Below are positions 26,172 through 31,856 of a stretch of DNA of 31,856 nt, piece after piece. Position 1 is the stretch's first letter, and each line of letters begins with the position of its first letter. The position numbers were made by a program, and so were the translations under genes. The notes below the pieces were generated by a model. The model did not search any database. It worked only from the letters and a program-made list of their open reading frames with translations, and was not told where the DNA came from. Source of the DNA: Myxococcota bacterium (GTDB taxonomy: Bacteria > Myxococcota_A > UBA796 > CAJQPC01); assembly GCA_036012755.1 (NCBI GenBank), contig DASCPX010000135.1, positions 1-31,856 on the forward strand, in the 5' to 3' direction.

Positions 26172-26185
26172 TTCTCTTGCCCCTT

Positions 26186-26202
26186 TAGTCAATATTTGAC
26201 TA
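26186..26202. promoter_or_regulatory. Palindromic operator candidate TAGTCAA-TAT-TTGACTA
   Basis: Perfect 7-3-7 AT-rich inverted repeat in the 40-bp spacer between the divergent padR (ATG 26171) and hydrolase (ATG 26212) starts. Confidence 0.75.
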
Positions 26203-26211
26203 TCCGCCGAC

Positions 26212-27798
26212 ATGCTCATATTCATCGCCTGCACCACCCTACCCTCTTCCGCCCCTCCAGAGGTCCACGAGACCGACCCCGACGCTCCGCGCAACTGGGT
26301 GCTGGCTCCCCTCATCGAGGGCGAGACCGGGACGGACGAAGACCCCCTATGAGCCCCTTCCTGACTTGCCAGGTCTGGGACAGCGGCGCTGCGCCGACTT
26401 CGAGACCGCCGCCACCTGCGATCCGACGGACTGGGTCCACACCCGGTCGGGGTGAGGACCGTCGAGATCGTCGATCCCTTGCGCCCCGATCGTCCATTGT
26501 TGACTGAGATCTGGTATCCGGCCGCCGAGGGAACGACCGGCGAGGGCGAGTCCTACGGCATGGGAGCCGAGGAGCTCGCGGCGCTGGCGGGAGACGACTG
26601 GGCGTGGCTGCTGGCGCTCATGGGTGGTGACGATGACCTGCTCACCCTGGTCGAGACCATCGCCGTGCGGGACGCGGCGGAGGCGGAGCACGACCCCAAC
26701 CGGGGGCTGGTCCTCTTCAGCCACGGCTACCGGGGTGTGCGCTACCAGTCGACCTTCCTGACCACCTACCTGGCCAGCCACGGCTACGTCGTCGCGGCCC
26801 CGGACCACGTGGGCAACACGATGTTCGACGGCAGCGCCACCGACGACGAAGCGGTGGCGGACCGCATGCTCGACATGGTCTACCTCTCAGAGGCGCTCGA
26901 GGACGTGGTCGACACGGAGCCCGGTCGCGTGGCCTGGATCGGCCACAGCTTCGGGGCCTCCACGGTGCTCATGGCCGGCGCGATGGACAACAGCGAGATG
27001 GTCGGCATCAGCCTGGCGCCGGCCTTCGACGAGCGCATGGCCGGGGTCTACGAGCTGCGCTCCGCCCTGCTCGTGCTCGGCGGAACGGCAGACGGCACCT
27101 GCCCGATCGAGCAGCAGGAGCTGGCCTGGGAGCGCACGGTCGCCCCTCGCTGCCTCGGCGAGCTCGACGACATGCGGCACTTCGACTTCACGGACCTCTG
27201 CGCCAACGCGCTCTTCGCCTACGGCATCACCAGCTTCGTCGAGCAGCTCGAGGACGCCTGCGGCGAGGACCCGACCGCCTACCACGCCACTGTGCAGGCG
27301 GTCTCGACGGCGATGCTCGACCGCTACCTGGCCTGCGACGACAGCACGGATCTGGCCGGGCTCGACGCCGACTACCTCGTCCAATGGCTCGGAGACGACG
27401 CCGACTACAGCGACGAGGGCTCCCCCTCGCCCAAGAGCTGGCCGACACTTCCAGCCTCGAGCGGAGAGCTGCTCGGGTGGCCTGTCTTCGGCACCGGAAC
27501 GCCAGAGGTCGTCTTTGTCGGGGGCCTCGTCGACGCCACGGTCTTCGGCGAGGTCATCGGTGGCCACCTCCGCGCTGTCGATGTCGATGATGCCCTCGAC
27601 GCGGCCCCAGAGGTCCCCGTCCTCCTGCTGCACGGGGAGCACGATGACGCCGTGCTCATCGAGTCCTCTCGCTACCTGGCGGACACGCTGCCCGACCCCC
27701 GGCTGGAGGTCTTCCAGCGCAGCGGCCACCTGCTGATGCTGGATGAGCCCGAGCTCTTCGACCTCCGACTGTCCGAGTTCATCGAAGAGACTCGCTGA
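26212..27798 (+). pseudogene. Alpha/beta hydrolase lipoprotein (PAF-acetylhydrolase/chlorophyllase-like) with a disrupted N-terminus and a fused second hydrolase remnant
   Basis: ATG 26212 (MLIFIAC) is in frame with ORF 26452..27798 but blocked by TGA at 26350 and 26362. The core has GPHPVGVRT, EIWYPA, LFSHGY, VAAPDH, GHSFG, GTAD and RHFDF. The tail has PVLLLHGEHD and SGHLLMLDEP. Confidence 0.7.
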
Positions 27799-30036
27799 CT
27801 ACTTGCGGCGGCCCCAGCCCCCGTACTCGTCGCCCCCGCCGCTGGCCTCTGGACCGGGGTCGGCGAGGCGGTCCTGCTGCGGAGGGTCCAGGACCTTGGG
27901 GTTCCGCATGTAGGGGAGCGCGGCCTCGTAGCTGATCACTCCGTCGGTGTAGAGGTCCTTCAGGGCGCGATCCATGGTGACCATCCCCTCTCCGCGCGCC
28001 CCCTCCATGATCGAGCTGGCCTGGTGCATCTTGCCGTCGCGGATGAGGTTCCGGATGGCGCTGGTGCCGAGCAGCACCTCGAAGCTGGCGACGCGGCCCG
28101 GGCTGTCCTTGAGCGGCAGCAGGCGCTGTGAGACGACCCCGAGCAGACAGCTCGAGCACATCGAGCGGATCTGGGCCTGCTGGTGGGCGGGGAAGACGTC
28201 GATGATGCGATCGATGGCCTGGAGCGAGTCGTTGGCGTGGAGGGTCGCCAGCACGAGGTGACCGGTCTCGGCGGCAGTGAGGGCGGCGGAGATGGTCTCC
28301 CTGTCACGCATCTCGCCGACGAGGATGACGTCGGGGTCCTGGCGGAGGATGTACTTGAGCGCGGCGGCGAAGCTCTTGGTGTCGGCAAAGACCTCGCGCT
28401 GGTCGATGGTGGCCCGCTTGCTCTTGTGGGCGTACTCGATCGGATCCTCGATCGTGATGATGCGGCAGGCCCGGGTGTGGTTGATGCGGTCGATGAGGCA
28501 GGCGAGCGTGGTGCTCTTGCCTGCGCCGGTGGGGCCGACGACCAGGAGCAGGCCGTCCGAGCGGGACCCCAGGCGCAAGACCGCGTCGGGGATGCCGAGC
28601 TCGTCGGCGTCAGGGATGTGGCGCGGGATCGCGCGCAAGGACGTCGCCATGCGACCGCGCTGGTAGTACGCGTTCACTCGGAAGCGCCGCCCATTGTCCA
28701 GCGCCAGGGCGAAGTCCAGCTCCCGCTCCAGTTCGTAGACGCTGCGCTGTCGCCCGGAGAGGATCGAGAACAGCAGCATGCGCATGTCGGCGTCGGTGAG
28801 CTTGCGCTCCCCGATGGGCACCAGGCGCCCGGAGATGCGCAGGATCGGCGGTCGCCCGACCGTGAGATGGAGGTCCGAGGCGTCGCGATCGAGCACCTGG
28901 TGGAGGAGGGACTTCATGTCCATCTCGCCGACGGCGCCGGCGTGGCCCTTGAACGTGTCGATCGAGGTCGCCATGCCCTCGGCCTGGAGGCTGAACTCGT
29001 CGGCGTTGGTGGAGTAGGCGATGCCCGTGGCGTAGTCGATGACCTCTGCCTTGAAGAGGGCGAGCAGGGACCGGTTGAAGGGGATCATGGTGGGGTCCTT
29101 CGCGCCCCGCATGTGGTCGTACATCTCGTCGACCCGCTGCTCGCGGAGCAGCTTCGACACCGCCGCCGTGACGGACAACAGCTCGATGGCCAGCACCCGC
29201 CCCTTGCCCGAGCACCGCGGCACGAGCCGCTGGGACACGATGCCCTTCAGGGACATCGACAGGTCCATCGCCACCTGGTCCTTCAGGTGGTCGGGGAAGA
29301 AGCTCATGATGCGCTGCAGGGTCTGGGTCGCGTCGATCGTGTGGAGCGAGGCGAAGACGAGGTGACCGGTCAGCGCCGCCTGCGTGGCGACCTGGACCGT
29401 CTCGGCGTCGCGCATCTCGCCGATGAGGATGACGTCCGGTGACTGCCGCACGACCGTGCGCAGGGCCGAGTGGAAGTCCGCCGTGTCCTGGCCGACCTCC
29501 CGCTGGGTCACGCGGCACTGCTGCTCCTTGTGGACGAACTCGATGGGGTCCTCGATCGTGACGATGTGGCCCTTTCGGGTCCTGTTGATGTGAGCGATCA
29601 GGGCCGCGATCGTCGTGCTCTTGCCGCTCCCGGTGGCGCCGGTCACGAGCACCAGCCCCCGGTGGTGTTCGCTGAGCGCCCGAACCGGCTCCGGCAGGCC
29701 CAGCTCCTCGAAGGTCAGGTCCCCGCTCAGCACCGCGCGGGCGACGATCGAGATGCGACCCTGGTGGCGGGCGAGGTTCAGCCGGAAGCGCCGCCCGTCC
29801 TCGAGGCTGAGGCCACAGTCGAGGTCCCCCTCCTCGTCGAGCCGCAGCCGCCCGTGGTCGGTGAGGGCGAGGTTCAACAGCTCCTCGATCTCTTCTGTCG
29901 TGGTCGGCTCCATCTTCAGCCGGCGGACGCTGCCGTCGATCCGAAGGGCCGGGATCTTGTCCTCTGAGATGAACAAGTCCGAGGCCTTGTACTTCTCCAT
30001 ACGGGACAGGAGGTTGAGGAGGCTTGCCTGGCTCAT
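27799..30036 (-). CDS. pilT: Tandem PilT/PilU-family type IV pilus retraction ATPase (two full domains, 745 aa)
   Basis: ATG 30036. Domain 1: ASDLFI, GATGSGKST, TIEDPIE, DVILIGEMRD, TGHLVFASLH. Domain 2 (from about 28923): ASDLHL, GPTGAGKST, TIEDPIE, DVILVGEMRD, ETGHLVLATLH, AIRNLIRD. No stop lies between them. Confidence 0.93.
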   Translation of the reverse strand: MSQASLLNLLSRMEKYKASDLFISEDKIPALRIDGSVRRLKMEPTTTEEIEELLNLALTDHGRLRLDEEGDLDCGLSLEDGRRFRLNLARHQGRISIVARAVLSGDLTFEELGLPEPVRALSEHHRGLVLVTGATGSGKSTTIAALIAHINRTRKGHIVTIEDPIEFVHKEQQCRVTQREVGQDTADFHSALRTVVRQSPDVILIGEMRDAETVQVATQAALTGHLVFASLHTIDATQTLQRIMSFFPDHLKDQVAMDLSMSLKGIVSQRLVPRCSGKGRVLAIELLSVTAAVSKLLREQRVDEMYDHMRGAKDPTMIPFNRSLLALFKAEVIDYATGIAYSTNADEFSLQAEGMATSIDTFKGHAGAVGEMDMKSLLHQVLDRDASDLHLTVGRPPILRISGRLVPIGERKLTDADMRMLLFSILSGRQRSVYELERELDFALALDNGRRFRVNAYYQRGRMATSLRAIPRHIPDADELGIPDAVLRLGSRSDGLLLVVGPTGAGKSTTLACLIDRINHTRACRIITIEDPIEYAHKSKRATIDQREVFADTKSFAAALKYILRQDPDVILVGEMRDRETISAALTAAETGHLVLATLHANDSLQAIDRIIDVFPAHQQAQIRSMCSSCLLGVVSQRLLPLKDSPGRVASFEVLLGTSAIRNLIRDGKMHQASSIMEGARGEGMVTMDRALKDLYTDGVISYEAALPYMRNPKVLDPPQQDRLADPGPEASGGGDEYGGWGRRK

Positions 30037-30116
30037 GTCGGGAAGCGTAGATCGGATCAGGCCTCGGCCGTGGCCCTGCTCTCTCACATCGCTCTCTTCG
30101 GCGGCTCCGCGGAACG

Positions 30117-31856
30117 CTACTCGGTGTCGGCCAGCACGCGGTCGAGGCTGCGCTCCATGCGCTTGCCTCCGGCGCCGGTCCAGTGGTCGAGGATGTTGCC
30201 ATCGGCGTCCAGGACGAAGACGGTGGGGATGCCCGTGATGCGCAGCTCGGTCCAGCCCGGGGTGCCGGCCCAGGCGACCACGTAGTCGGGCTTGCGTGGG
30301 CCCTTCTTGAAGTCGAGCAGATCGTCGATGTCTCCATCGACGCTGACGGCGAGCACGGTCACGCCACGCTCGGCGTACTCCTCTGCGACCTCGTCGACGT
30401 GGGGCAGCGCGCCGACGCAGGGGCCACACCAGGTCGCCCAGACGTCCACCACGCGGACACCCTCGTAGTCGCTGATGTGCTTGTCCTGGCCGTCGACCTC
30501 GATGGCGAGGTCCGGGAAGGCCATGCCGATGCGGTAGCTCACCTCTTCGGTGGCCCCGGGGATGAGCTCGGCTGGGGCCTGGTCCGCCACCCACTCGTCG
30601 AAGTCGTCGTGACTCCAGCGGTGAGCCGAAAACAGCGGCTTCGCGATGCGGTGGGCCTGGCGCTCGAGCCGAGCCTCCGATGAGCCCATCGCCAGCCCCC
30701 GACCAAGGTGGAACAGCGCCTGCTCGTCCAAGCCCAGCTCGGCCAGGACCATGCCCATGTGGAGGTGGTGGACACCCCTGGGTTCCGGGGACAGCAGCAG
30801 GGCCAGCGCCATGTCCGAGCGGGCCGCCTCGTGCTCGCCCCGCTGGAAGTGGACCCACGCCCGGGTGTCGAGCATCCTCGCCAGCTCCTGCCGCCGGGTC
30901 TCGTGCCAGTCGTCGTAGCCGTCGACCCAGTAGGGACCGCGCGGGTCCCAGTCTCCCCAGTCCGACAGCGCCTCGTCGATGGCGGACAGGGCGAGGTCCA
31001 GGTCCTCGCCTCGCAAGGCGGCGGCATAGGCGAACTGGTTGGCCCGGTCGCCGGTGGGCTCGCTCTCCCAGGCCAGGCGCAGGGAGTCCAGCGCGGCCCT
31101 GTCGCGGTGCTGGTAGGCCTGGTTCTCGGCGAGGTAGTCGTACCAGAGGGCCCGCTCGGAGCCCTCTTCGAGCTCGCCGTCGAGCTTCCTCAGCGCGACC
31201 AGCGCCCGAGCAGGCGGGGTCTTGCGCTCGGCCTTGTAGATGTCGTAGCGGTGGGTCCCGGCAGCTCGCTCGGTGCGCAGGATCCAGCTCCTCGTCCCGG
31301 TCCCGCGCGACTCGGGTCGCATGGCGAGCGGGTCGAGCTCGGCGTGCCGTGCCCTCGCAGCCTCCTCCTCCTCCTCGAGCTCGGCCCAGACGAAGACCTT
31401 CACGGCGTTGTGCACCTGAACGACATCGTCGCTGCGGGCCTGCTCGCGTGCCCGCTCCAGCATCACCTCCTGGGCTCGGGCGATGGCGTCGCCCTCGTAC
31501 TCCTCGCGCCAGGGGCTGCCGACGTAGCCAGCGTCCAGGGCTCCGGACTGGTACCAGTCCTCAAGGTCGTCGACCCAGGCCGCGTCGATGACCTTCGTCG
31601 AGCTGAGGCGGACCCGAAGTGCGTAGCCCTGGAAGCCGATGTAGTCGGAGTCGTGGGCCAGCAGCGCCTCCCGAGCGTCCTCTTCGGTCATGCCGGGGCA
31701 GAGTCCCCGACTCTCGAACTGCACCCGCAGCGCCCAGTAGCGATCGACCGGGTCCGCTGGCAGCACAGTGAGCACCTCGTCCAGCTCGTCGCACCAGGCC
31801 CCCATCTCGTGGTGGGACCACACCAGGGCATTGGCCAGGCCCACCCGCGCCGCCGG
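30117..31856 (-). CDS. TPR-containing TlpA-family thiol-disulfide oxidoreductase (5' end beyond window)
   Basis: The frame is open to the window edge. TPR-like NQFAYAAA...DLDLAL, LDTRAWVHFQRGEHEAA, HLGMVLAELG-like segments; C-terminal VVDVWATWCGPC, ITGIPTVFVLDADGNI. Confidence 0.88.
   Translation of the reverse strand, partial: PAARVGLANALVWSHHEMGAWCDELDEVLTVLPADPVDRYWALRVQFESRGLCPGMTEEDAREALLAHDSDYIGFQGYALRVRLSSTKVIDAAWVDDLEDWYQSGALDAGYVGSPWREEYEGDAIARAQEVMLERAREQARSDDVVQVHNAVKVFVWAELEEEEEAARARHAELDPLAMRPESRGTGTRSWILRTERAAGTHRYDIYKAERKTPPARALVALRKLDGELEEGSERALWYDYLAENQAYQHRDRAALDSLRLAWESEPTGDRANQFAYAAALRGEDLDLALSAIDEALSDWGDWDPRGPYWVDGYDDWHETRRQELARMLDTRAWVHFQRGEHEAARSDMALALLLSPEPRGVHHLHMGMVLAELGLDEQALFHLGRGLAMGSSEARLERQAHRIAKPLFSAHRWSHDDFDEWVADQAPAELIPGATEEVSYRIGMAFPDLAIEVDGQDKHISDYEGVRVVDVWATWCGPCVGALPHVDEVAEEYAERGVTVLAVSVDGDIDDLLDFKKGPRKPDYVVAWAGTPGWTELRITGIPTVFVLDADGNILDHWTGAGGKRMERSLDRVLADTE

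Noticed and set aside
26350..26385. Two in-frame TGAs followed by CCA-GGTC-TGG, a SECIS-like loop, suggesting a second selenoprotein
   Set aside because: The read-through peptide is unnatural (L*APS*LARSGTAALRRLRDRRH) and has no Cys/redox context. The shifted frame reads as normal protein, so compensating indels explain it better.
1590..27799. Intrinsic terminators between convergent genes (1590/1595, 8599/8602, 19889/19911, 25570/25572, 27798/27799)
   Set aside because: The genes abut or overlap, and I saw no hairpin followed by a U-tract.
27799..30858. 1019-aa ORF as listed in the track
   Set aside because: The first 274 aa overlap the TlpA gene in another frame and are R/G/P-rich shadow sequence. 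The real start is ATG 30036.

Overview
GC-rich, densely packed bacterial window. Its gene content (AgmX/PglI C-terminal domains, MshEN/DUF4388, myxosortase-type protease, MopE-type repeats, PilT) points to a Myxococcota/deltaproteobacterial-like genome; this is an inference. There are about 26 genes and no rRNA, tRNA, CRISPR array or mobile element that I can support. The main hidden feature is a selenoprotein that the ORF track truncates. It is a lipoprotein (GTG at 3076, minus strand) with an in-frame UGA in a C-G-U motif (codon 38, 2963-2965), followed by an fdhF-like SECIS hairpin. It fuses a degenerate UshA/metallophosphoesterase domain to a four-CXXCH cytochrome c domain and is translationally coupled to a GldA/F/G-like ABC system plus a DUF4340 gene. 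Other notable items: a single 745-aa ORF with two complete type IV pilus ATPase domains (PilU-like then PilT); a divergent locus of degenerate c-di-GMP proteins (HEAT, HD-GYP with HD changed to CD, MshEN-DUF4388) running into a CxxC-type larE and a myxosortase; a GT-C / B12-radical SAM / carbamoyltransferase cluster; a PadR gene with a clear palindromic operator; two disrupted regions (10.5-13.7 kb and 26.2-27.8 kb); ultra-short lipoprotein signal peptides; and several apparently leaderless starts. All family calls come from motif recognition by eye, not database searches.
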